DNA of 64,000 bases from Trichosphaerium sp. ATCC 40318 (lineage: Eukaryota; Protista; Tubulinea): assembly GCA_038496445.1 (NCBI GenBank), contig JALMLS010000418.1:186001-250000 (forward strand), written 5' to 3'. Shown in pieces: positions 24,177-37,023 of the stretch (its first letter is position 1; each line of letters opens with the position of its first letter). Under the pieces are notes generated by a model, which had not been told where the DNA came from, searched no databases, and saw only the letters and a program-made list of their open reading frames with translations. The position numbers and the translations under genes are program-made.

Positions 24177-26497
24177 ATGTGGGGTTTTATAGTGCCCGAA
24201 ATGCTGTTGCAAATATTCTCTAGCATTGATTACTTGGATAAACGCGCTTGTTTAAGAGTAAATAGGCATTGGGCTAGTATAGTAAGTTTTAACTATATGT
24301 TTAAACATAAAAAGCGGCTAAGCGGTTTTAGGTGCCAGAGACGTGGGAACGCATACACTGCGACGAAATAACGTACCCTATTGGTTTTTATCGTATGCCT
24401 CAGTTTCTGGACAATCTGTTTTTCCATACTCCCAAACTTAAACATATACGGTTCCCTAGCGATAACTTCCCTGATGGCTGGATGGTAAGCCTTTTGGAAG
24501 AAAACAAAACGTTCATGAAAAAAAAATTTGGCTAAAAACCATCGTATCACCTCAACGACGCTCAATTGCAACTTCAACGATACTCACAGAGAACTGCGAG
24601 CGTATTATAATATATTTACATTCAAAAAGCCGTTAATACGTTTAACTTATGAATTCTTTCTTTAGATATTACCTCCTCTACAAGAATACTGTAAAGATTT
24701 AGTTACAATCGATTTTAATAGCCATAAGTGTGCAAGATCTCTTATGGCTTTTCTTGTTGAGCCTCCAAATACTCTACGTCACGTGTATAATATATGCTTA
24801 AATCGCATAACTCTATCAATGGTAGCATCGAATTTGGGAGCTCAATTGAAGGCAAGTTATTGACTTTTTTTTCGGTGAAAGAACTAAAACAAATGGTTTT
24901 TTTTTTTGAAGCTCTCTACGTTCAGAGCACTATGTTTTTGCGCTAGTTTTTTGTTACTGAGTGTTATCTTTTTAACTTATACTCTATTTTAGTCACTTAG
25001 CTTTAAATGGAGCGAGGGTGTTCCTTCATCTAGTGGATCTTTACTATTATCATTCTTAAGTTATTGTCCAAACTTAACATACTTGTCTCTACCTCAGTAT
25101 GATGCACAAACTGACTTTATAGTACTTCTTGTACGATATTTTAACACTATTAGATAGTTTAATACCTAATTTATCCAATTATAGAAGCTCGTACCAAACC
25201 TAGAGACGCTGGAAATACAATCCAACATTCAATACTTGAGATTTTATAGTTTAATCGATTCTGGCTGCCAATTTCCTAATCTAACACGTCTTATTCTCTT
25301 GGCAGCTACAGAGTAAGTTGAATAATATTAAAGAGAGGAGTTTGATCAATCCTCGGTTAACAAAATTATTTTCTACACCTCAGTGTCTATCCTTTCCGAG
25401 CACTGTGATGATTCTTCAAGATTTTTTTTGCTTTTGGAAATTTAATTTATTTTGATCTTAAGTTCCTTCCCTGCTCTGTCTTATGTATTTATAGAATGCA
25501 AGTATCTCCCTCAAAGTTTATGAATGTATTTCCAAACTTGACTCACTTTTCGATGCACACAAGGCAAGTACCTTGTTTGTAAGTAGAACGACTTTTTTTT
25601 TTTGCATTCAATCGTATTTTGGCAATCTAATAAAGTCTTTAGTATGGGTCATGATACAGAGATAGCTTCAAATACTTTACAATCTGTAAACTTTAGTAGG
25701 AGTAGATTTAATTCACTTGATTTAAATTGTCCTAATCTTCAGTTTATTAACATCGACTCTGCTTATGTTTCAAGAATTAATTTTGATTCTACAGCGATAA
25801 AAACAATGCGTTATGCATCTTGTACTGGACTTGGAGACTTATGTTTAACAGAAAGTATAAGGCACGTGTTTTATAATTTACTTTTGAAAAGGCTTTTTTT
25901 GGCACGTGCTAAAGAAGACGTACAAACAAAGATTATCCAAAAACGAAATTGTTTCTTTCTTTTTGACTTACTTTTTCTCTCTTGTAGGCGTCTTGTTATA
26001 ACTGATATGACTGTAAATGAGGATACATTTAAAGCATTAGAAAAGAATACACCTTTATTAGAGTCTCTTGAGGTTCATGATGTTAATAACATTAAAGCAC
26101 CTCAAATAACTCTTAATCGATTACATACTTTGGTACGGGTTCTTTTTTTTTTTGTTCTTTTTTGTTCTTTTGTTATGTTCTGACTTCTTACCATTAGGTA
26201 TTGAGAAACTGTTTTAATTTATATATACTTCTGTTATTCACACCAGCTCTTGAAGTACTCGATGTCCAAAAGAATGGGTTCTTATCAAGTAAGTGACTCA
26301 CTTTAAAACAGAGCTGTTTGTTTTAACAAAAATGTTCAGGTCTTTCAATTGGAAGTTGTTCAGATGACTTGCTCTTAAAGGCACAAGGATCTAATCTTTC
26401 TAATAATTCAGTATGGATGAATAAAGATAGTACTACTCAGAAAGTTCGCGATATTAGTATTGGTAAGATACGTTGGCCTGGGTTTTATCAAATGTGA
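24177..26497 (+). CDS. F-box / leucine-rich-repeat protein
   Basis: N-terminal F-box VPEMLLQIFSSIDYLDKRACLRVNRHWASI; LRR rungs such as TPKLKHI, CPNLTYLSL, FPNLTRL, TPLLESLEV; stop TGA at 26495-26497. Confidence 0.85.
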
Positions 26498-26703
26498 TAG
26501 AAAAAAAAAATAACAATTAAAGCTTCCTGTATTAATAAAACCAGAAAAGAGTCTTCTAAAGACTGACTCAACTCACCCTCACACCATTGACATTAAGTTA
26601 TTATGCAAAAAGTCTTTTATTGATTGTGAAATTACTCGCATTGACAAGCTGGCACGTGATTTGAAAGTCTGTTTTTCTTGTTAAGGATTTTTCTATGTTC
26701 TTT

Positions 26704-28342
26704 TTAAAGGCGCAATACTAAGTGAAGTGTTGATTCTTTCTGTATGTTATAATCTTCTAAAGTGCGTTGGCGTTCCAATTGCTTTCCAGCAAATATTAGT
26801 CGTTGCTTATCTGGTGGTATGCCTTTATAAAACCCATCAACAAATCAAAAAGTTTATGTAGAGTGGTACCTTCTTTGTCTTGGATTTTCATCATAACGTT
26901 TTCAATAGTATCAGTGACCTCAACATCAAGTGTTAATGTCTTTCCAGTAAGCGTTTTAACGAATATTTGCATTCCACCAGACAATTTTAGTTCAGGCTGA
27001 CCTCCAGGAACACAAATCTACAAAAACACTTAGACACTTGAAACAAAAAAAATATAACCGCAAAGGTTATTTAACCTACCAAGCCGTTTTCGCGTATGTC
27101 TCCAGAAATTTGATCTGATACACAAATTTCATACCACATTGTAGTTCTCATAGCTTTTGACTTTGAAGCATGCCACCCTGTCTTGATTTTACCGTTGGTA
27201 ATCTACCAGATATAAATTAATACCATTACATATGCAGTACGATTGTTTCAAATATAACGTAATCTCAAAGATACTAACCTCTTCAGCTGTTGCCCCACAC
27301 CAAAGGACAGCACTGTCAAGTGGAGGAGAGAACCAAGTATCAGTATCAGGATCAAGAAGCGTTAAACCGTGTTCTGTTGAAGGAGAATTAGAATGAAATT
27401 GTCTTCTTAAAAACACGTACCTGTTGAACCAAAGCTAATAGCAAACAATCCTGGATCACCTTTGGGCACTCATTAGAAGGGTGAAAGAAGTATTTATTAT
27501 ACGTACCATGTGGTGATACAATAGCTTTCCCTGTACTGTTTTTATTGTACCGAACAATATCAAGCATTCCATAACCAACACGTTTATTTTGTTTATTCTT
27601 ATCCATAAATAGACAAATATTCTTATCATTACCCATCTTCTTTACGCTATTGCATCTAAAAATAGAAGAGCACATCACCTAAAAGAATAGGTTAGAAATG
27701 CAATAGACAACGACGCAACGATAATAAGGCAGCACAAAAAGGTGTAAAAGTGAACCAAAAGAAGAGTTTTGTTTTACCAACAACATAAAATAATAAAAAA
27801 GGTAGTTTGGTTTTCTACCTGTACACGTAGAAACACGTAGCTCATAGTTTTATGAACAGAAAAAGAAAGTCAGGCGAACCTCAGAAAGTCTCGTTACGAA
27901 GTCATCTGTTGCGTCACATAGCTTAGATAGCTTTGTGATGTCGCTAGGTAATTTCATCTATGCAAAGCTATAAATATGAATCAAACTCGTTTCAAACTGC
28001 AATCAAACTAAGGCGAAGGCGCCTGCGAAGTTCTGACACTTTTTCAATAGTTTCGGTTTCTTTTTGTACCTGCTTTGCCATTGGACCTGATAATAGTCTA
28101 AAAGCTTGTCTATCACGCGCTTTCATGTATCCATAACGTGGTGTATGGAAATATCCCTCTTTGTACTCTGTCTCGCGTTTAAAGAACTTTTGGCTATCCT
28201 CAACTACTTCTGCCGCCATTTCCTTCAACTGTGGTGGTAATGACACCAAACTCCATCCTCGTTGCGCCAAATTAGAGTGTAGCGCTTCTAGAGCAGTTTT
28301 ACTTCCGTTTGTAACCTCCGCAAGGTCTATTGATGTGTTCAT
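26704..28342 (-). CDS. 2-oxoglutarate/Fe(II) dioxygenase (IPNS/DIOX-like) fused to a C-terminal ubiquitin domain lacking RGG
   Basis: DIOX-like N-terminus (LAQRGWSLV...SQKFF); HxD motif [10 protein letters not shown]; distal WH and RTT; in-frame splice to [17 protein letters not shown]...[10 protein letters not shown]. Confidence 0.85.
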
Positions 28343-28549
28343 TGTGCGTTTTAAGTACTATGCGGAAATAACAGGCGTTCACAAGACACTTACTTTCGTT
28401 GAATCGAAAACTGGCTCAAAAAGCTTTAGCTAACACTCAAATTCAAAAATAGATTAAGAAAAACAATCACAAGGCAATATTCTTGCTCGTAGAGAGCTTT
28501 TTGTGATTGAATACGTGACTTGTAATGACTTTTAGCCATAATTCGTAAG

Positions 28550-29311
28550 ATGAGCACAGATGAAAGCACAACAGATTTTGAAAGTAGACCACGCGAAAAT
28601 GAACACAATAGTAGACACAATGAAGGGAGACACTCTCACGGCCCTTTACCTCCACAGGTGAGTGAAATGATATTTTTTTGTAAATCAATCACGTTTTTTT
28701 CTTCCGTTTTTTTTGTTGATCGACTAATGTCTTTTCTAGTTCATTCATTGCACTCAATGTGCATCTTTCAGTGGAAGTGCAGTAACGTCAACGGCCCAGA
28801 CCACTTTAGATATGCTCTCTAAACGTAAAGGAGAGCTCTTACTCCTCTTTGTAATACTTGCAATGTGGTACTTACACGTAGAACACTTGCAGCGATCTTT
28901 CGGTACGCACTTTGCTTTTTTTTTTATTTCTTCAAAAAAGTCATTCTTATCCTATTAGATCTCGCCAAGCATAGAATTACAGACTTAGAAGAGGACAAGG
29001 AACGTCAAACAGAGTTTACAGTAAGCTGTAATACTCTGACAGGCATAGACGCCGATGGTTACAGCGAATACTCAGACAAACAGAAAAAACGGCTGAACAC
29101 TATCTACACTCTATTTAAGCGAGCCTACACTATGGGTATGGTTTCAGATAGCGTATACGACTCGTGCAAGCGTCATAGAATGAGTTGGGTAGCCGCATTC
29201 GAGAAATACAATGAGTGTATCAAAAGAAACGGAGAAAACTGCGAAAGTCATTCGGCTAGAATGGATAGAATAGTTGAAGACATTGAAGAGAAGTGTATGT
29301 TAGTACACTAA
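28550..29311 (+). CDS. Hypothetical single-pass membrane protein with a coiled-coil/Cys-containing C-terminal region
   Basis: Three exons splice in frame; hydrophobic segment LLLLFVILAMWYL followed by LAKHRITDLEEDKE. Confidence 0.6.
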
Positions 29312-29518
29312 AATAAAATCTTCATTTTTGTAATTGTAGAGAGAAATAAAATAGTAAAAAACCAGTATCGCTTAACGGTCAGTACAACATCACGAAAGTC
29401 AGTGTAATCACATTAAAAATGTGAAACTTTTTTATTATCAAAATTCTCAATTCTTTCTTTCTACAAACAGGCAGTACCAATTATGGATTTGTCTTCTTTA
29501 CATTAATAGCAGTTATGT

Positions 29519-30475
29519 CTATTTTGGATGCTGGTACTTTACGCCGTCTAACTCTCTTCTAAACTGAGCAAAATGCTTTGATCCATGACCATGATATACA
29601 GTCCACTTATCATAAGCGTTAATATCAAAGTCTTTCGAATACTCCTTCTTATTATAAACCTTGCTCACACCTTTATCGAAGTCATGATTCTCAATAACAT
29701 GTAATATATTATTAGTAATCTTATCTCCTCCAGGACAACCAGGTTCGATAGAATTTGCATAATCTTGCTTTTTATCAAATACAGCTTGTAGATCTATTAT
29801 TGGAAGCCCACGTGATGAAGCTTCTTGTTTTATAATCCCGTTTATAAACCAAAGGCCAAAACCAGATACTTGTTGCTCCCAGTACTTTTTCTCGAACACA
29901 GGGCTGTACACAGTACAAACCATTAAAGGCTTATTCAAACCGATGAGTCGATCAAGTAAGTCCCCATATTCTTGTCTAAAGGTAGTTCTTATCTCTTGTA
30001 AGGTTGTATAGAGGGAAACTAATACAGTTAGTATGTGTAGTAGATGTCTTGAACCGTTTACGCACAAGGTCCAACTCCTCGAACTGTTAACCTCGCCAAC
30101 GCTTGTAAACCATCGTTTCCACCCGTTGAGAGCACTTTATTATACCGTTAGTAATGTGAATGCATTAATCGAACGTAAAAACACCAAATATCACTGTAAC
30201 CGTACCCAGTACCGTTGAATCGTCTGGAATTGTTTGAAATTGTATTTCTGACACTCTACGCGTTGTGGCTCCATCTACTGCCGCCAGAGAAACATCCCAG
30301 CCTATTTGTGTTATAAACAACCCACGGCGAATGAATTACCTCGTTTTTCTATTTTTGCAGCAAGTTGCTCTGTTACGCAAGGGTTGGCTCTCGTGTAGTT
30401 CTTGTTATCGAGGATACTATCCCCTATCAAGCAAATATGATGTTTGGTATCGCTGTTAGCCGTTGTAGTTTCCAT
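29519..30475 (-). CDS. SGNH/GDSL hydrolase-family protein (bacterial-type subfamily)
   Basis: Block I LIGDSILDN, block II AVDGA, block III STGGND, block V DYANSIEP; two introns. Confidence 0.8.
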
Positions 30476-30995
30476 GTTTGTGGATTGTTTGTGAAAATAA
30501 GACATCAACTTGTTCTTCTTTTCAATGAACAGAAAGCCAATGTGACGTGTACTAAGAGTCACTTATTATGCTAACAACGCGGTAAAGAAGATGCCAAGTG
30601 CCACATTCATGTCTATGCGACTCTTGTACTACACAGTGTCAAGCTGTACTCGTTAAATCAATTCAATGATTCATACAAGGAAAGAAATCATTGAATGGAC
30701 TTACCTACATACGTAGCTTTCGACATAGATACGCTAGGATATATGTCTCGTAATACCAATAGTAATTAACGAAGTGAACTGAGATAGTAGGCTAACAGTA
30801 TTTTTTCGAAAGTAAAATTTGGGCCCTTTTGATAAATCACTGGCTTAGTAATTTTATTGAAGACGAAACTTGTAACGTGAACCAAAAAAAAGTGCCTTAT
30901 TGGTTGATGCTTAAAAGATAATTTATTTTCAAACATTTGAAACAAATAATATGTATGAATAGCTACTAAATATCATACACCCGAATGGTTAGCGC

Positions 30996-33325
30996 TTATA
31001 CATCAGCCATTCCCTTTTCCAAGTATACACGAATCTTCTCAAGGTAATCTTGAGTGTTCAAGTAGTCACCAGGTTTAACACTAGAGAGTTAATTAACACT
31101 CAAAAAAAACTGCAACAATAGAACAAATGACTTACTTCTTAATGTTTCCTTTGATGCACAAAGCCAAGTCCTTGGTCATGAAACCATCTTCTACAGTAGC
31201 AATGCAAGCTCTTTCTAAAGCTTCGGCATATTTTCCCAAACGGTCATTTCCATCAAGCTTAGCTCTGTGAGCCAAACCACGCGTCCAAGCGAAAATAGAA
31301 GCAATTGGATTAGTGGAAGTTTCTTTACCCTTTAAAACAAGTAAGTACACGCCGTATGAGCATTGGTCTTTACCTGTTGGTGTTGACGGTAATGACGTGT
31401 TACAGTACCATGAGCAGCCTCAGCTTCTACGGTCTTACCATCAGGAGCCATAAGTACAGAGGTCATCAAACCAAGAGAACCATAACCTAGCAATAAATTT
31501 AAAAAACGGAAAGATCAAAAGAAATATATTGACCAACATTTGGCTTGTTGTTGCTTACCTTGCGCTACCATATCAGATTGAACATCTCCATCATAGTTCT
31601 TGCAAGCCCATACGAAACCTCCATCATTTTTGATGGCTTGGGCGACCATATCGTCGATCAAACGATGTTCATACCAAATACCTTAAACCACGTGTCAATT
31701 AAATCTTACACTATCAAACAAGCGAAAAAGACTTCGAACTTTGCGTGTCAAATTATTTTACGAAAAAAATGCCCACGTGATAAAATTTGAGATTCAAAAA
31801 AAGGCGTACCCTTTGCTTCATACTTCTCTTTGTACTCATTGTCGTACATTTCTTGAAACAAGTCCTTGAAGCGTCCGTCGTACTTTTTCAAGATTGTATT
31901 CTTCGTAGTCATGTACGTAGGCCATCCTTTAGCAAGACCGTACTCCAATGAAGCTTTTGCGAAGTCTTTAATGGACTATATCACAAAGAAATGAGTTCAC
32001 TAGTGCGAGGAAAAATTTTCGCAAAAAATGAAATATTTCTAGCTTCGCACCTCGTCTGTGTTGTACATAGCCATACCAACACCTCCACCATTCTTAAACT
32101 CAAACACAGTGCGTGAATCAGCTTCGCCACCCTCAGGAGTAAAGCGTAATTCAAGTTTTCCTGGGCCAGGGACGACCATGTCTTGGCATTTGTACTAACA
32201 AGCAATGTAAGCGTTTATAAGCGCTAAAACTTTGCGTACTTGGTCACCGTATGCATGCCTACCAATAGCGATAGGTTTTGTCCATGAAGGAACGAGTCTA
32301 GGGATGTTCGAGCACATAATAGGTTCACGAAAGACTACACCGCCCAAAATAGCACGAATGGTACCATTAGGGGAGCGCCACATCTCCTTTAGTTTGAATT
32401 CTAAAACACATCGTCAGAGACAAAGTTATTTTTTTCAATCAGCAAAAAATTTCGAATGTTTATGCCAAAAAAGATGCTTCGAATGCGCGTCATTACCTTC
32501 TACGCGTGCCTCATCAGGTGTAATCGTAGCACATTTAATGCCTACATTGTATTTTTTTACAGCCTTTCGTAGTGTTAGATACCACGTGGGTAGAGAATAA
32601 AGTGCGAGAAAGCGAAAAAAAGAAAAAGAAAAAAAAGCACAATTTCACTAACAGGGAAGACGTTCCCAAACTTCTTTGTCGCGCTTTAGCGTTTAAAATA
32701 ATACCTCAGCAGCATCAATGGTGACTTGGTCATTTGTTTGGTCTCTGTATTCCAAACCCAAGTCGTAGTACTTACAATCAAGGTCTACGTATGGTAGGAC
32801 AAGCTACAAGTAGTTAAGCACTGATATGAAGCCGAAGTATTTCTTTCGTACTTTATCTTTGATAAAGTGCCAGATTATTCTATTGACAAAAATCAATCTT
32901 CAAGACGTTGTTAAATAACCGTACCTAGTCATTTCATCACCGTCCATTTCAACGACTGGGTTTGCGACCTAAACTTCCGTTACAAATTCGGTTGATACTT
33001 GTCTACACTTTGAAATACAGCACGCAACAGAAAACGTGCTGGGGAAAGCGCTTCGACAAAACTTTTTTGCTGAACACTTGTTGGCCTACTCTACGAGTGT
33101 ATAGAGGCCGCCTCACTAAAAAAAAGGACGTTGACGATTTTAAATCGTAACAGTTCTAAAACGGCTGAAATGATTCGTTTTAAACGCAACAATGTCGTTT
33201 ACCTTAATTTTGTCTCTACGAAGGCTCTGAGATGTACTGAAGTTGGCTTGAGCATGTTTTGTTTGTACCGACGCGGTAGTTGCAGCGCGGACAAATTTTG
33301 AACCTTGAAGTGAACGAGCAAGCAT
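30996..33325 (-). CDS. IDH2: NADP-dependent isocitrate dehydrogenase, mitochondrial
   Basis: [66 protein letters not shown]; Arg/Ser-rich presequence. Confidence 0.95.
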
Positions 33326-33456
33326 GGTTATCTATCAAACAAGTGGTTTTAAATAAATTGGAGGATAAAACGTTAAGCGAGCGTTTTCTCAACTTATTGC
33401 TTGGCTGTCGAGAGAAATTACACTGATTTTTGTAACTTTGCTTGTTCGTTGGCATA

Positions 33457-36400
33457 ATGGAAACCCATAGGCCCACATTAAAGCATGTGCATAAGACGCA
33501 CAAGACAAAGGGCAGAATACCGTCTAAAGGGAACTTAAAAAATGCTATGTCTGGGAGAGTACAAAGAAAGCCAATAAAGTCATCTACATACGTAGACCAG
33601 CGAAAATGTGACAGAAAACACCAACGCAAGCAATGGCGTGAATCAAAACGCTTACAATATTTGGAGAAAAGACGTGGAAATGGTGGTTACGACACCCCAC
33701 CTATATTGGCGGTACATAGCAATTGCCAATTACACTTTCTCTAATTTTTGAAGGTAATGATTGCAATTGACGATCAAGTCAATATGGACGCCGCATTTGA
33801 CCTGGTATGCAAGCAACACAACATTCCTACGCCTCAAGGCGCTGGTCCTGCCACCTTTTAGTACGTACTTCTAAAACTGTAACCTAAGCATCATTACGCT
33901 CTAATTTACGCGTTTTTAAGCTCTGAAAAATGGAAATCGCGCATGGCACTATATAAAACATCAACTGGCCGTGGAGACGTTTTGAGTACTCTAGATATAG
34001 CAAAGGTGCGGCTCAGACCGTTATTATTAACTTCTAATGATGACAGGTTGCCGACATTTTGTTATGTTGCTTCCATGTCAATGGAGGAGGCTTTTCAGAC
34101 CCTATTGGAGAAACTGTACTCACTGCCATTATGGGACAAGGACAACCATCAGTTATGGGATTACTCCAAGCACGTCCTTTGATATTTATTGGTTAGCCTA
34201 ACAAACGGAAACAGGGACTCGCTGATGTTCCTCAAAAGCGTCGTGGTAAAGCCAAAACAACTTGTAGAAATAACTTCGTCGCTCAGTTCGCTTCCGATCC
34301 GCGTATGGTTCCTGTGGATAACCTCAAAGACGCAGAACAGGTACAACAATAATCTAGTTCTAATCGAATCTACAATTTTTTTTTACTGCGCTTTAAATGT
34401 TTTCAATTGAGTTAACTGTTATATAATGCTAATCTCTTATATAGTTAGCGCGTTTTATATCAACTCAATCACTCAAAGTAATTCACTGGAGGGAGAATAG
34501 ACCATACCTTTTGGCAGAAAAAATGACAATGATAGATAACGGACAAAATAACGGCTTTGGCACTTTAAAAGTTGAAGGATACCTTCGTGGTAATGCCATG
34601 AGTCCAAACCGCATATTTAGCATCCCTGGCGTCGGTGACTTTCAAGTACAACAGGTAAGCAGCACTAGAAGTTCAAGAACAACGAACGCAGAGAATTCAA
34701 CTTTATCCGAGAGATTTTTGCCAAACTGGTTTTGTTGCTAACTGTTTTGTGTCTAGATTGGGTTACCTCCTGATCCAAATGCTAAAGCACCAAAGACTAA
34801 AGGCGCAATGGATATTGATAATAGCGAAGAAAGAATTGTAGCACATCCAGACGATGATTGTGATCCTCTTGACAGATTATGTGAAGTTGATCCTTTTGCT
34901 CAAGAACAAACATGGCCTACAGCTGCTGATCATGCTTTTGCTGAAGAAAATGTTGTTCAGCAAAAAGTTAAAGTACCAGAAGGAACATCAGAGTACCAAG
35001 CATCATGGTAAGTAGTCATTTCCATCGACAGCATTTATCTTTTTTTTTCTGCTTTTTGTAAGAAACATTCAAAGAATTTTGTTTTTCTTTTCGTGCTACA
35101 CTTTTTCTATTAGATTTTAATTCAATTATTACAGGTATTTTAATGAAGAGGAAATGGAGCAAGATGAAGCGTCAAATGATAATAATGAAGATGACGATGA
35201 TTTAGCTAAATTTCTAGAAGATGGTGAAAAAAATTTCGATCCAAGTACGTCTTTTTTTTTGCACATTATTCTAAGCTTTCGATGTTCTACACGCGATTTT
35301 GTATACCGCTGTTATTGCTGAATTATATTGTGTCGATATTAACATTGTTTTTCAAGACTGGGAAGCAGAGTCTACAGGCATGTCAACTGTTGGAGGAGAT
35401 GAAGATATGGAACTTGATGATGACTATGATGTCGCTATTAAAGACGATCTTACTTATCCTGATGAGATTGAGCTTCATCCTGATGTACAAGCACGTGTAC
35501 GACTACAGAAATACAGAGGATTAGCGTCATTCAGGTAAGAAGTTTTATCTCAATCGAATTTTCGTCAAAATTGTTGGCAAGATGTTTGTTAAGCTTTTTT
35601 TGACCTTTTTCTTTAGGACAAGTCCGTGGGATGTAAATGAAAACTTGCCTCAAGATTATGCAAAAATATTCAGATTTAGTAATTGGGCACGTGCTAAGCG
35701 AAATGCTTTAGATGAAGAGAACCCTGTACGTACTTAAAAACCAGATTATCGCGTCGAAAACTTTTTTTTGACTAAAACTGTTTTTCAGATAATGCCTGGA
35801 CAATGGGTTGCAGTGTACCTAAAGGATGTCCAACACGACTTTCTATCTACTTTAGAACAACATAAACCAATAGTATTGGGTGGTCACCTAAGGTATGGCA
35901 AAGAAGCATTTATGCATAGCAAGAAAGAAATGATAACTTTTTGAAGAAATGTCCTAACTTTCTTTAAATAGGCACGAAAATAAAGTATCCGTTGTAAACA
36001 TAGCCCTACGCCGTTACACGCACTTTGAAGGACCAATTAAAGCCAAAGTACGTCACTGTCTCCACAAAAACAAGCTTTTATTTATTTTGAAAAACCAAAA
36101 CAAGAACGAAAGCTTTGTGACCGTAGAATGGCAGTTGATCTACTGTTCTTGTTTTTTTCTTATATTTATAGTTATTTCTAATTTTATTCTAGGAACGTAT
36201 GTTATTTTCAGTTGGTTGGCGTCGATTTTATGGATACCCAATTCTATCAGATAATTCAAGAAATGGATCAAAATTCAAGATGGAGAGATTTTTCCATTCA
36301 GGTCAATCAGTTGTTGCTTCTATCTATGCACCTATTGTTATGCCTCCTATGACTACTCTAGTATTCAAAGAGTTGGATTCTGGACTTATTTTAGTTGCAC

Positions 36401-36807
36401 ATGGAGGTGTTCTTGATTGCAATCCAAATAGATTAGTCATCAAAAAGGTTATTCTATCTGGTCAACTCATTAAAGTCAACGCCAATAGAGGTGTTATTAG
36501 AAGAATGTTTTTTACACCTGAGGATGTAAGGTGGTTTAAACCTGTTGAGTTATGGACTAAGTATGGACGTACTGGTATGATAAAGGAAGCTGTTGGACAA
36601 CAAGGAAGATTTAAGGTAAAAACGGACTTTCACATAAAAAAAGTTGTTGATTTTTTTCTTTTTCTTTAGGCTGTCTTTAATGATACCTTGACGTTCCAAG
36701 ATACTATTTGTATGAGCTTATACAAACGTATATTCCCAAAATGGTCCGATTTGACCGATGCCAAGAAACCAGGTGATGAAGGTGATAAGGAATACTTGAG
36801 GCTATAA
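33457..36807 (+). CDS. TSR1: Pre-rRNA processing protein TSR1
   Basis: N-terminal HRPTLK; EQTWPT; [12 protein letters not shown]; [17 protein letters not shown]; [26 protein letters not shown]; [10 protein letters not shown]. Confidence 0.95.
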
Positions 36808-37023
36808 AAAAAGTGTTTTCTTCAAGCTTTTTTTTTGAATTCTCCCAAAAGCTTCACGCCATGTAAATAAAATTTAGCATCAATATTTTCCTACACTTGA
36901 CTGAAGACTTGATTATCTCCTCAAGCCTTTTCATGTATACTATTGATGCACGAACTGAAAAACAAAAAAAAAGAGTCATCGAATTTTAAACATGTCTACT
37001 TAGTTTATTTCCTTTTCTTTTTA

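Noticed and set aside
30699-30800. ACTTACCT plus stems as a U1 snRNA
   Set aside because: Lacks the U1-70K (GAUCANGAAG) and U1A (AUUGCAC) loops; better explained as a minus-strand splice donor.
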